From positions 64,001 through 108,719 of IMG/VR virus record IMGVR_UViG_3300031857_016701: a stretch of 44,719 nucleotides of DNA; one strand, given 5' to 3'. The notes under the pieces were generated by a model. That model had not been told where the DNA came from. It did no database searches and worked only from the letters and a program-made list of their open reading frames with translations. Both the position numbers and the translations under genes were made by a program. This DNA comes from a virus (lineage: Duplodnaviria > Heunggongvirae > Uroviricota > Caudoviricetes). This document shows, piece after piece, positions 18,688 to 27,944 of this stretch (position 1 is the first letter of the stretch; each line of letters starts with the position of its first letter).

Positions 18688-19068
18688 TTAAGCAACTACC
18701 TTATCAGTTTTAGTCGCAGTTTCAACTTGTTCAGTAGTTTCAGCTTCCGCCTTAACATCAAGAACATTAACAGTATTATACTTGTCAACAAGTACAACAC
18801 CAGCAACACGAGCAGCAGTCACTGCGGCTTCTGTGACAGGACTCATTGCGAAAGCAAGCTTAGGACGACCCTTACCACCATGTACTGTTCCGATTTGGGT
18901 TACAACACCTTCATCAAGAGCATTCTTCAAACGAACTCGTAGTGTAATCGCAATAAAATCACTATTGAGATTAGCCAATTCACTTACACCAAAGTAAGTG
19001 TCGTTTGATGGCCAGGTTACAGTTAGGTTTGTCTTATTCTTACGGTCTGTCTTCTTAGTATTACTCAT
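18688..19068 (-). CDS. Putative winged-helix DNA-binding protein
   Basis: VSELAN..FIAITLRVRLKNALDEGVV..GTVHGGKGRPKLAF resembles a wHTH recognition helix plus the GRP wing. Confidence 0.55.
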   Translation of the reverse strand: MSNTKKTDRKNKTNLTVTWPSNDTYFGVSELANLNSDFIAITLRVRLKNALDEGVVTQIGTVHGGKGRPKLAFAMSPVTEAAVTAARVAGVVLVDKYNTVNVLDVKAEAETTEQVETATKTDKVVA

Positions 19069-19114
19069 ATTTAGTTTTATTTTTTGTTTATGTTTAGCGG
19101 TTGATCTTCAACCT

Positions 19115-19150
19115 TATAAATAGATTATATTATATCTGTTCAGATGTCAA
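19115..19150 (-). promoter_or_regulatory. Tandem sigma70 promoter (TTGACA-N17-TAATCT) and TATTTATA motif
   Basis: -35 at 19145-50, -10 at 19122-27, TATTTATA at 19115-22. Confidence 0.65.
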
Positions 19151-21156
19151 TGACTTTTTTCAAGAAACATTTGGTTCATTGTCTTGGCAACTTGCAAAAT
19201 GTTGCTTGGGTTGATAAAAGACGCATTCTTTCCATACATCTTCTTAAACAAATCAACGGATTTTGGATTATTAATCCCGTCACTCTTGATAAAATAACTC
19301 AAGATGGAATATCCTTGTTGGGAAATCTTGGTTACTTGTTTCTTGGTATGTAAAGCCGCAGGTTCTTGACTATAATTTATAGGATCACCAGTTGCAGTTG
19401 TATAATTCATAGCAGGTTCACCGTCACTAAAATTAAGAAAATAATAGTCAGTATCAGTAGAAGTCTTTGGCAAATGCTTCATAATTGCTTCAAATGAAAG
19501 ACCTTCAGGTGTACATCCATTAGGATACAAATATGGAAACAATGACTTGATCTTACCAATCTTATCTACAGATGAATCATATCCAATTACTACATATGGA
19601 TTTGATCCGTTATGTCCACGACTTGTACTAAATGTAGTTCTAAATGATACAGTTACCCTTAGATTGTCAATCATAGAAGCAGCTTTACAAATAGCCACTA
19701 CACTTGTCATAGTCTTTTCCCATTTGTCTCCCCTCATACTTGAACTAGCATCTACAGTAATATGAATATAGGAATTCTTATATTTAGAAACATCCATGAT
19801 ATGAAATACATTTTCATTATCAAATGACAATTCTGACAAGATCCGACGATCAATTTTACCAACAGGCTTACGCATATACTTAGTAGTATTGACTTCACTA
19901 CGAATCTGTAGTTTACGACCAAGAGCCGCACCCATAATCAATCCAGCATTTACAGCCTTTTGTACATTAGGACTAATGGTTGTTTTGGTACTATAAGAAC
20001 CATTATGGTAGTTATACTCACTATACTTTAAAGGAAATACATCTGTATCAATCAGTTCTTTTGTCAACTTAGTAACAAGAATAGTATCTACACTATAGTA
20101 TCCATCAGACTTAATATAATCATAACCACTCTTTACTAGAGTCATTCCACTCTGGTCAATAGCGTCAAGAATCTTCTTGTCTTTCTTAGATACCTTCTTT
20201 TTCTTAATATTACCACTCAAGAAATCTTTCTGTTTTTGAACTGCCTTCTTAATATTTTTATTTTTATTATCAGATACTGATGGATCTTCTCCAGTATCAT
20301 TCTTTGGATCAATTTCCTTATCATTTTTAGTGGGAGATTTTACTTTTTCCCCACCCAAAGCTTCTTGTTCATTTCCACTTTGATTTGAATCACCAGAATC
20401 ACCGTTCTTATTCTTTTTATAATCGGTAATATTTTTTAGAATGATCTTTGCAACTTCAATTGCAATTTCCAAACGATCCTTTGGTGTAGTTAACCGTTGA
20501 ATATTAGATAGATTGATTGTCTTCGCAATATCACGAAGTCCAGGTAATGCATCCAAATCAGTATTGTTGTTCGTAAAGTTAATGATACGAGTTTCGTAAC
20601 TTTCAATTGATGGAACCCGATAAAGTTGACTTTTCAACATCAAATCAATCTTTGAACTATTAAAGTACTTTTCATACAAAGCTTGATAATAACCACGATA
20701 TCCTGGAGCATTGTTATAAACATAAGAATCAATATAACGATCTTCTACATAATTAAGACAATTCTTAATTAGAGTAGCAGTGTCATCTTTGGATACTTGA
20801 AGAGGAGCAGACAAATCATAAACTTCACGGGGAACTTTTGTCCAAATACTCTTAACCAAATCAAAATCAGACAATACAACATGACTACCTTCATGCAGTG
20901 CAAGTCCTACAGCAGGATCAAAGTCCGATTTGTCCAAAATATCAGCAGACAAATAAACTGTCTTACCATCCGTACAATTAACATCACCGTCATCAGTAAA
21001 ATAAACAGGAACAGATTTGCCTGTCAAAATATTGACGAAGTTACTTACAGCACGGCGAGAAACCGCCAATTTAATCAAATTGAAGTGTACAGATGATTGT
21101 TCATCAATATCATCTTGATAATCATCATCCAACCAATAATCACTGTAAGTAGTCAT
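19147..21156 (-). CDS. VWA-domain protein with N-terminal HExxH metallopeptidase-like motif (CobT/MoxR partner)
   Basis: GLALHEGSH..NYVEDRYID, MIDAS VDASSSMRG, GCTPEG, NFSDGEP. Confidence 0.8.
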   Translation of the reverse strand: MTTYSDYWLDDDYQDDIDEQSSVHFNLIKLAVSRRAVSNFVNILTGKSVPVYFTDDGDVNCTDGKTVYLSADILDKSDFDPAVGLALHEGSHVVLSDFDLVKSIWTKVPREVYDLSAPLQVSKDDTATLIKNCLNYVEDRYIDSYVYNNAPGYRGYYQALYEKYFNSSKIDLMLKSQLYRVPSIESYETRIINFTNNNTDLDALPGLRDIAKTINLSNIQRLTTPKDRLEIAIEVAKIILKNITDYKKNKNGDSGDSNQSGNEQEALGGEKVKSPTKNDKEIDPKNDTGEDPSVSDNKNKNIKKAVQKQKDFLSGNIKKKKVSKKDKKILDAIDQSGMTLVKSGYDYIKSDGYYSVDTILVTKLTKELIDTDVFPLKYSEYNYHNGSYSTKTTISPNVQKAVNAGLIMGAALGRKLQIRSEVNTTKYMRKPVGKIDRRILSELSFDNENVFHIMDVSKYKNSYIHITVDASSSMRGDKWEKTMTSVVAICKAASMIDNLRVTVSFRTTFSTSRGHNGSNPYVVIGYDSSVDKIGKIKSLFPYLYPNGCTPEGLSFEAIMKHLPKTSTDTDYYFLNFSDGEPAMNYTTATGDPINYSQEPAALHTKKQVTKISQQGYSILSYFIKSDGINNPKSVDLFKKMYGKNASFINPSNILQVAKTMNQMFLEKSH

Positions 21157-21186
21157 ATATTTTGACAGGCAATTTTTGTTTATTTA

Positions 21187-22155
21187 TTAAAATGGAGGTT
21201 GTTCAGACTTAGCAAGCGGATCTGAAAACAATGTGTTCTTGGTTTCAACCTTGATGTACTTTTGAACCAACTGTTTCACATAAGTCCGTTCACTGTCCAT
21301 TCCACCTTCCACCGTGAAATTAGGATAAATGGCAGTCTCAGCAATTTCAAGCAAATTAAATCCATCCAAGATTAATTCTGACATTTCTACAGTTGAACGA
21401 GTAGGAATAAAATTGCTCAACTTACTGTCTTCACTCTTGACTTGATCACGGGTATGAACAGCAATTTCAACAATTGAATTCAAAATATCCAAATGTCCAG
21501 TTTCAGTAATATTGAAACGATCCTTCAAATACTTAAGTTCAACTTCTTTAGCCATTGGACTCATCTCCAACTTGATTGGAAAACGACTCATCAAAGCACG
21601 ATCCATAACACGGGTAGAAGTGTACTCATTACCAATGTTAGCAGTACCAATAAAACATACACCTTCAGCTACTTGTACGACTTCACTATCCTTCTTTTCA
21701 TCCAACCGTAGATATCGTTGAAGATCGTCCAAAACAGTCATCAACACATTCCAAGCATCATGGTGAGCACGGCTCACTTCATCCATTAGAATTACTGCAT
21801 TTGGAGTCTTGATTGCCTTAACGAATGCAGATTCATTAAAGTAAGTACCAGTGTTCTTATCATAATGGGTGTTACCAATAAGAGCACTACGAGCATCTTG
21901 GGTAGCACCAAGATTGAAATAGAAATATGGACGTTCCAATGAATTAGCTACAGTTTGTGCTGCTAGAGTCTTACCGCATCCAGTGGGGCCAACGATAAGA
22001 ATATTCTTACCACGCATTACACTGCGTACAAGATACTTCCACTTGATTGAATCCATCACTAGTGAAGATGGTTTCAACTTGTCACAGTCCTTGATGAAGG
22101 ACTTAACTTGATTTGCGTCAACGGTTACAAGGTTCAATGATGATTTATTCTTCAT
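21187..22155 (-). CDS. MoxR/CbbQ/NirQ (CobS-like) AAA+ ATPase
   Basis: Walker A GPTGCGKT, Walker B ILMDE, GTAN, DRALMSRF, PTRSTV. Confidence 0.9.
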   Translation of the reverse strand: MKNKSSLNLVTVDANQVKSFIKDCDKLKPSSLVMDSIKWKYLVRSVMRGKNILIVGPTGCGKTLAAQTVANSLERPYFYFNLGATQDARSALIGNTHYDKNTGTYFNESAFVKAIKTPNAVILMDEVSRAHHDAWNVLMTVLDDLQRYLRLDEKKDSEVVQVAEGVCFIGTANIGNEYTSTRVMDRALMSRFPIKLEMSPMAKEVELKYLKDRFNITETGHLDILNSIVEIAVHTRDQVKSEDSKLSNFIPTRSTVEMSELILDGFNLLEIAETAIYPNFTVEGGMDSERTYVKQLVQKYIKVETKNTLFSDPLAKSEQPPF

Positions 22156-22167
22156 ATTACAGACAAC

Positions 22168-22196
22168 ACTCTACCACAGATTTTGTAAACCGTCAA
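22168..22196 (-). promoter_or_regulatory. Sigma70-type promoter TTGACG-N17-TAGAGT with TG extension
   Basis: Read directly upstream of the AAA+ gene. Confidence 0.75.
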
Positions 22197-22200
22197 CACC

Positions 22201-22236
22201 AAAAATAAAAAAACTGTTGGTTTGACCCAACAGTTT
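22201..22236 (-). terminator. Intrinsic terminator
   Basis: 10-bp stem AAACTGTTGG/CCAACAGTTT followed by TTTTATTTTT on the minus strand. Confidence 0.85.
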
Positions 22237-22261
22237 CTTGTTTAAACTTGATTTTTTAATT

Positions 22262-22576
22262 TTAATGTCTGTGCCAGTGACCGTGATAATGTCCATGAAC
22301 AACTACCACTGGAGCTGGTTGATAATAATAAACAGGTTGTGGAACATAAACAACTTGTGGAGCTGGTACATATTGAACAACAGGAGCAGATTGAACTACA
22401 ACTGGTTGATGTACATATACTACTTGTGGTTGTGGAGGACATACAATCCTTTCCACTACATGAAGAGCTGCAACACCAGTAAGAACTTTACCAACTGTGG
22501 CCCACTCTCTGTCACCGGCTTTTACATTGGTAAGTGCTACTAATGCAGCCAAACCCAATGCGATATTATTTTTCAT
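22262..22576 (-). CDS. Secreted small protein: signal peptide, GDREWATVGK motif, Pro/Val/Tyr repeats, His-rich tail
   Basis: MKNNIALGLAALVALTNVKA|GDREWATVGKVLTGVAAL..PQVVYV repeats..HGHYHGHWHRH. Confidence 0.75.
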   Translation of the reverse strand: MKNNIALGLAALVALTNVKAGDREWATVGKVLTGVAALHVVERIVCPPQPQVVYVHQPVVVQSAPVVQYVPAPQVVYVPQPVYYYQPAPVVVVHGHYHGHWHRH

Positions 22577-22577
22577 A

Positions 22578-23240
22578 TTATTTCTTTTTGTTTGTTTTAC
22601 CCTTGAATGTCTTTTGTTTGACAGTCAATTTCTTATCAGTTTGTTTTGGATACTTATAAGAAGCTTTTTCACCTTTGATACTATGATCAACTTGTTTTAC
22701 GATCTTATCAACTGGTCTAAATGGTTGATCAGGTTGGTCTTCTTTCTTTTCAACTTGATCTTTAACTTCAATCTTTTTGACAGTATGTTCTGGACCTTCT
22801 TCTTTTTTGGATTCTTTGTCCTTGTTATTTTCAACATTCTTATTGAATGCTTTTTGAACATAATTACCAACTGTTGTTTTGAGTGTTTCTGTAATAAATT
22901 CCTTTAATGCAGAAAAAGTTAGGTTAAATTTTTTGATTCTATCGGTATTATCTTTCATATAAGTTACGGTAAAATTGTCATCTGTCATTGGATAAATTTT
23001 AAAATGATGTGGATTACATGAACATACATTGTAATAACCAGCGTCATCTAATATAACTTCCGCATCTTTATATAACTTCTTAACATCATCAGCTAATTCT
23101 TCCATCTTATAATGGAGAGATTCACCCTTTTCAATTTTTTCACCTTTTAATGATTCCTTGATTATATCTTTTAAAGATTTTTTAACTTTAACTTCAAGAA
23201 TACATTCTTTGATCAATTTCTTAAATTCACTTATGTTCAT
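22578..23240 (-). CDS. Probable late/virion-internal charged protein
   Basis: N-terminal LIKECILE / IIKESL repeats, Lys/Glu-rich tail, TATTTATA 7 nt upstream. Confidence 0.55.
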   Translation of the reverse strand: MNISEFKKLIKECILEVKVKKSLKDIIKESLKGEKIEKGESLHYKMEELADDVKKLYKDAEVILDDAGYYNVCSCNPHHFKIYPMTDDNFTVTYMKDNTDRIKKFNLTFSALKEFITETLKTTVGNYVQKAFNKNVENNKDKESKKEEGPEHTVKKIEVKDQVEKKEDQPDQPFRPVDKIVKQVDHSIKGEKASYKYPKQTDKKLTVKQKTFKGKTNKKK

Positions 23241-23258
23241 ATTTCTATATAAATATCA

Positions 23259-24041
23259 TTAAAAAAAAGATTGTTCATTGGTATTTTCAACTTTTATCTC
23301 CATTATATCTTCTTTGTATCCACCAATAAGTGGGTAGGGGCGGGAGGGGTGCTTAAGAGACTTAGACAATTTCTTATTTTCTATCTTATTTGATATAAAT
23401 TTAATATATCTATGTTTACCGCTTTCTTTCTTCCTCCAAAAGGTTCTACCAATTCTTTCTTTTAACTTATCCACATTATGCGTCTTCCACTTAGAAAATA
23501 CTGTTCTACTATGTATCCAATTATAATCCGGTGGACCACTAAGACTTACACTGTAATTGGGCATTAATGCTACATCTACATAGTTATCACCTTGATAAAT
23601 AAATCCAGTAGCTTGATAAATCTTACCAGTATGTCCTACTTCACTATCGGCATAACTTAAAATACATTTAATTTGTGGATAATCTTTGTTTATTTGACGG
23701 AAACTATCTGCAATACAATAACTTTCAATATTCTTACCATATCCATCTTCAATCCACAATCGGGTCAATTCTAATACATTATCATTATTAAGTAATGGAG
23801 TTATGCTATTACCAGCATTTCTACCCACACTGTTTCCATATACTAATACACCAATTAATTTTGCGTTAAATCCACCAAAGAAAGTACTTTCAACATACTC
23901 TTTGTAGTAAACACCATACGCAACAGTACAAAGAGTCCATTTATGGGTATAATGGTTCTTTATAATAAGATTCTTTGCAATATTCTTATTTATTGACTTT
24001 AAGAATATTAAAGATGTATCACAATAACTGTTTTCCGACAT
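23259..24041 (-). CDS. Mom-like (GNAT-fold) DNA adenine modification protein
   Basis: KNHYTH, LIGVLVYG, VLELTRLW, NIESYCIA, ILSYAD...GHTGKIYQATGFIYQG. Confidence 0.75.
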   Translation of the reverse strand: MSENSYCDTSLIFLKSINKNIAKNLIIKNHYTHKWTLCTVAYGVYYKEYVESTFFGGFNAKLIGVLVYGNSVGRNAGNSITPLLNNDNVLELTRLWIEDGYGKNIESYCIADSFRQINKDYPQIKCILSYADSEVGHTGKIYQATGFIYQGDNYVDVALMPNYSVSLSGPPDYNWIHSRTVFSKWKTHNVDKLKERIGRTFWRKKESGKHRYIKFISNKIENKKLSKSLKHPSRPYPLIGGYKEDIMEIKVENTNEQSFF

Positions 24042-24048
24042 AACACAT

Positions 24049-24076
24049 ATAGTACAATACTATATTACTTTGTCAA
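24049..24076 (-). promoter_or_regulatory. Sigma70-type promoter TTGACA-N16-TACTAT
   Basis: Read directly upstream of the Mom-like gene; overlaps the end of the previous CDS. Confidence 0.65.
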
Positions 24077-24439
24077 CTTCTTTTTTGAAACTTTACTATC
24101 TGCTAACTTTGAAATCAAATCATTTGCTGCATCCAACTTAATTTCCAATTCATTCAAATTATTCTTTAATTCGGAATTTTCTTTCTTTTGTTCTTCCAAT
24201 TCTTTCTTTATAGACTCATTTTCTTTCTTATAAATATTCAATTCACTTCTAATAGCTTCTCTATCTTTTCTGCATTCTTCCAATTCTTCTTTCACTTCAA
24301 GTCTTAATTTATCATTTGATTGATTAATTATTTTTATCAAGTCTACTTTTGTTTTCTTAGAAGAAATTGAATATGTTACAATTGATGCTGCTATTGCAGG
24401 CACAATTCCGATTAATGCTAATGTAATAGATTGGTCCAT
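24065..24439 (-). CDS. N-terminal transmembrane helix plus coiled-coil protein (holin/lysis-accessory-like architecture)
   Basis: ITLALIGIVPAIAASIVTY followed by long E/K/L heptads. The TATTTATA motif and a start-occluding hairpin lie upstream. Confidence 0.5.
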   Translation of the reverse strand: MDQSITLALIGIVPAIAASIVTYSISSKKTKVDLIKIINQSNDKLRLEVKEELEECRKDREAIRSELNIYKKENESIKKELEEQKKENSELKNNLNELEIKLDAANDLISKLADSKVSKKKLTK

Positions 24440-24472
24440 AAGTTATACACTATAAATATATAACTTATGGAC
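24434..24472 (-). promoter_or_regulatory. 14-bp perfect hairpin that includes the ATG, with TATTTATA in its loop
   Basis: GTCCATAAGTTATA-tatttatagtg-TATAACTTATGGAC. Confidence 0.8.
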
Positions 24473-24490
24473 ATTATTATAAATAATTTA

Positions 24491-25549
24491 TTACAATTTG
24501 AAATCGTCAAATGCGTTTTCACTAATTGTATTATCAATACCTTTTACATAACTACTCAATTCAGTTTCTTGAGGAGCTACTTGTAGTTTCTTACTGTCGT
24601 AGTAACTATCCAACCATCCAGCCAATGGATTGGTTTTAGCAGCAGGATACAACTTCTTATATCCCAAACTTGATAGTCTGTTATTGGCCAACCATTCAAT
24701 ATAGTGTTTTAGACTTTCGGCGGTTAAACCAATCAAACTACCTTTACTGAATAGATAATCTGCCCAATCCTTTTCAGCATTAACTGCCATTTCATAAGCA
24801 GCATAAACCTTATCTTCATTTTTAGCAACAATATCTTGGAATCCTTCATCTGGATTATTAATCCAATTCTTCATAATGTTCTGGGTAATAGCAACATGAA
24901 GATTTTCATCACGGCTAATAAACTTAATAATCTTACTATTACCTTCCATCTTTCCACGATACCCAAAGTAGAAACTACAAGCAAATGATACATAGAAGAT
25001 CATTCCTTCAGTAATTTGAGTGGCTAATACCGCATCAAACAATTGTTGTTTAACATCATCCGATGGAATTAGTAGTTCGTCATACTTCTTACTGATTGCA
25101 GTAGCTCTCTTAACAATTTCTTGATCTTCCAAAACACTATCAAAAAACTTGGTAGCATCTGGATAAACATTGTTAAGAATGTATGTATAACTGTTACTAT
25201 GAATAGTTTCAAAGAAACTCCATGCATTCATGCAAATTTCCAATTCACTATTTGTTACTCGTTTCATAAGTTCATGAATACTACGACTCAACATACTATC
25301 AGTCATAGTTTGAAACTTAAGATTACTATCAAATACGAATCGTTCTTCGGGTGAAAGATTCTTATAATCACTAATATCTTTAACAAGAGAAACTTCTTGG
25401 GGTCGCCAAAAGAAATTCAATTGTTGGTCATACAAATCATAGAATTTAGGATACTTGATTAAGTCATATCTCTGTAGAGATAAATCTTCTCCTAAAAACA
25501 TTGGATTTCTTAATTGGTCTATATTTTTCTTATTTAATACTGTTTTCAT
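24491..25549 (-). CDS. nrdB: Ribonucleotide reductase class Ia beta subunit
   Basis: FFWRPQEV, QTMTDS, FETIHSNSY (E,H,Y radical), EGMIFYVSF, RDENLH, QVAPQETE. AGGAGG SD present. Confidence 0.95.
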   Translation of the reverse strand: MKTVLNKKNIDQLRNPMFLGEDLSLQRYDLIKYPKFYDLYDQQLNFFWRPQEVSLVKDISDYKNLSPEERFVFDSNLKFQTMTDSMLSRSIHELMKRVTNSELEICMNAWSFFETIHSNSYTYILNNVYPDATKFFDSVLEDQEIVKRATAISKKYDELLIPSDDVKQQLFDAVLATQITEGMIFYVSFACSFYFGYRGKMEGNSKIIKFISRDENLHVAITQNIMKNWINNPDEGFQDIVAKNEDKVYAAYEMAVNAEKDWADYLFSKGSLIGLTAESLKHYIEWLANNRLSSLGYKKLYPAAKTNPLAGWLDSYYDSKKLQVAPQETELSSYVKGIDNTISENAFDDFKL

Positions 25550-25561
25550 TATATCCTCCTA

Positions 25562-27850
25562 TTATAGAGCACAAGCACCGCTTTCACAACCGGATTCTTG
25601 TACTACTGGTTGTTTTATTTCAGTCTTCTTATCATCCATGGCGGTTTGTTTATCGCCATCATCAGTATTAGCATAATACAAATTCTTAAGTCCATACTTG
25701 TAGGCCAATAACATGTCCTTGATTACTTCTTGAACAGGAACTTTATTTTTATCATAACGGGATGGGATATAGTAAGTATTTGTACTAATACTCATATCTG
25801 TAAATTTTTGAATAGCAGCAGCAACCTTCAAATAACCTTCATTATTTGGCATATCAAAAGCAAAGGTATAATTGTCCTTATACTTGTCAATATTTGGAAT
25901 TACCACTGGCAAAATGTTACTCTTGCTTCCCTTGAAACTAATAGCACTACGAGGTGGTTCAATACCATTGGTGCTACTTTGAATTACTGAACTGGATTCT
26001 ACAGGCATACATGCAGTTAATGTAGAATGTCTCATACCATGTTTCTTAATTTCTTCACGAAGTGTTTCCCAATCACAATGTAGAGGTTCAGTGATGAATT
26101 CATCTACATCTCTCTTATAAGTATCAATTGGCAATACTCCTTGACTAAACTTTGTACGGTCAAACTTTTCACACTTACCAACTTCTTTAGCCATCTCAAC
26201 ACTAGCCTTGATTAGATAGTAACTAGTCTTTTCCATCCACTTGGCAACAAAGTTAGGAGCATCCTTATCCCAATACTTCAATCCTTCTTTAGCCAATAGA
26301 GCAGCCAAGTTACTTACACCTACACCAAGACTACGACGTTTCTTAGCAAAGTTTTCTGCGGCTGGTACGAAATAATCTTGATGTTCAATCAAAGCATCCA
26401 ACATTCTAACGATAATGTCACAGACACTTTCCATTTCTTCATCATCTTTGATTTCTAACCAATTCAATGCAGCCAAGATACAAACACCAATTTCACCGTT
26501 CTTATCATTAACATCAGTGATTGGAATCAATGGATGATTAACTTCAAGACATAGATTGCTTGTATCTACTTGGTCCAACCAACTACCATGTTCATTTGCA
26601 TGATCCACGAACATTGTATAAATACGTCCAGTTTCAAGTCTTTCTTTAGCTAATAATCCCATTAATTCACGTGCGGGTACTTTCTTCTTGAACTTAATGT
26701 TCTTGTTAGCTTCAGCCTTTTCATACTTTTCCTTGAATCCTTCCAAACCAAAAGTATTCCATAGTGAAGGACATTCATGATAACTAAACAATGTTACATC
26801 TTGATTTTTCAAGAAACGTTCGAAGATTAGTTTATCTAATCCAATACAATAATCCAACTTACGAACACGGTTATCATCTGTACCTTGATTGTTCTTCAAT
26901 ACAAGAATATCTAGAATATCATAGTGGAACCATGCAAAATTGACGGTGGCACTACCCCCTCTAATTCCGTTTTGGTGACAACTCTTTACGGTAGATTCAA
27001 ATGCTTTAGCAAATGGAATTGGACCTGTATGCATTACTTCACCATTACGAATTGGTGCATTAGTAGCACGTAGTCTTGATAGATTCAATCCAATACCATA
27101 ACGACTAGCTGTAGCAAATCCAACTGCACTATTGTTACTGAAGATACTACGAAGATCGTCATCTACAGTAAATAACGAACATGAAGCATAACTCTTCATT
27201 GGAGTTCTAACTCCAGCCATAATTGGTGTGGGTAGATTAATCTTATGTTTGCTAAAATAGTTATAAGCCTTCTTTACGTATTCAAGACGGTTTTCTTTAT
27301 AATCTTTAAAGAAAGTCATTGCAATAAGCATATATGCAAATTGCGGTGTTTCATAAATAACCTTAGTAGCTCTATTTTGAACTAGATACTTATCGCACAA
27401 CTGTTTAATACCAGCATATGTAAAGTTAAGATCTCTATCATGACGCAAATATTCATCCAATTTATCAAATTCTTGTTTGGTATACCATTCTAGAATTTCT
27501 TCATCATAAACCAATGCATCAACATTAGCTCTAACTAGATCATGTAGTTTAGGAGGATTCTTTCCACCCCAAACATTCTTTCTCAATCTATAATTCAATA
27601 GTCTTGATGCAACATATTGATAATTAGGCTTTTGTTCACTAATCAAATTTGACGCAGCTTCAATCAACATTGTATGAATGTCACCAGAAGACATCTTATC
27701 AAAGAATGATAGATGAGCATTCATAGCAACTTCTTCAAAACTAACATTTTTAACATCATCGGTTGCCCATTGCAAAACCTTATTGATTTTATCTGCACTA
27801 AACTTTTCTAAGTTTCCGTTACGTTTTTTAATATAAATTTCTTTATTCAT
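25562..27850 (-). CDS. nrdA: Ribonucleotide reductase class Ia alpha subunit with ATP cone
   Basis: IKKRNG ATP cone, LPTPIMAG, ASCS, QNGIRGG, SNLCLE, CMPVESSS..STNGIEP, NLYY. Confidence 0.95.
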   Translation of the reverse strand: MNKEIYIKKRNGNLEKFSADKINKVLQWATDDVKNVSFEEVAMNAHLSFFDKMSSGDIHTMLIEAASNLISEQKPNYQYVASRLLNYRLRKNVWGGKNPPKLHDLVRANVDALVYDEEILEWYTKQEFDKLDEYLRHDRDLNFTYAGIKQLCDKYLVQNRATKVIYETPQFAYMLIAMTFFKDYKENRLEYVKKAYNYFSKHKINLPTPIMAGVRTPMKSYASCSLFTVDDDLRSIFSNNSAVGFATASRYGIGLNLSRLRATNAPIRNGEVMHTGPIPFAKAFESTVKSCHQNGIRGGSATVNFAWFHYDILDILVLKNNQGTDDNRVRKLDYCIGLDKLIFERFLKNQDVTLFSYHECPSLWNTFGLEGFKEKYEKAEANKNIKFKKKVPARELMGLLAKERLETGRIYTMFVDHANEHGSWLDQVDTSNLCLEVNHPLIPITDVNDKNGEIGVCILAALNWLEIKDDEEMESVCDIIVRMLDALIEHQDYFVPAAENFAKKRRSLGVGVSNLAALLAKEGLKYWDKDAPNFVAKWMEKTSYYLIKASVEMAKEVGKCEKFDRTKFSQGVLPIDTYKRDVDEFITEPLHCDWETLREEIKKHGMRHSTLTACMPVESSSVIQSSTNGIEPPRSAISFKGSKSNILPVVIPNIDKYKDNYTFAFDMPNNEGYLKVAAAIQKFTDMSISTNTYYIPSRYDKNKVPVQEVIKDMLLAYKYGLKNLYYANTDDGDKQTAMDDKKTEIKQPVVQESGCESGACAL

Positions 27851-27870
27851 ATGGGTAAAAAATAATTATC

Positions 27871-27944
27871 CAATCGGGGAGAAAAAGACCAAAATAAAAC
27901 TTTAAATAAATCTTGTTTTATAGAAACTTTTTCTCCCCAAATTG
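27871..27944 (-). promoter_or_regulatory. Long imperfect stem-loop in nrdA leader
   Basis: GGGGAGAAAAAG/CTTTTTCTCCCC (12 bp) enclosing ATAAAAC/GTTTTAT (7 bp). Confidence 0.6.

Noticed and set aside
22497-22907. 136-aa hydrophobic ORF, and the nearby short ORFs at 22238 and 22242
   Set aside because: They are shadow frames of Lys/Glu-rich and Pro/Val-rich real genes and have no independent signals.
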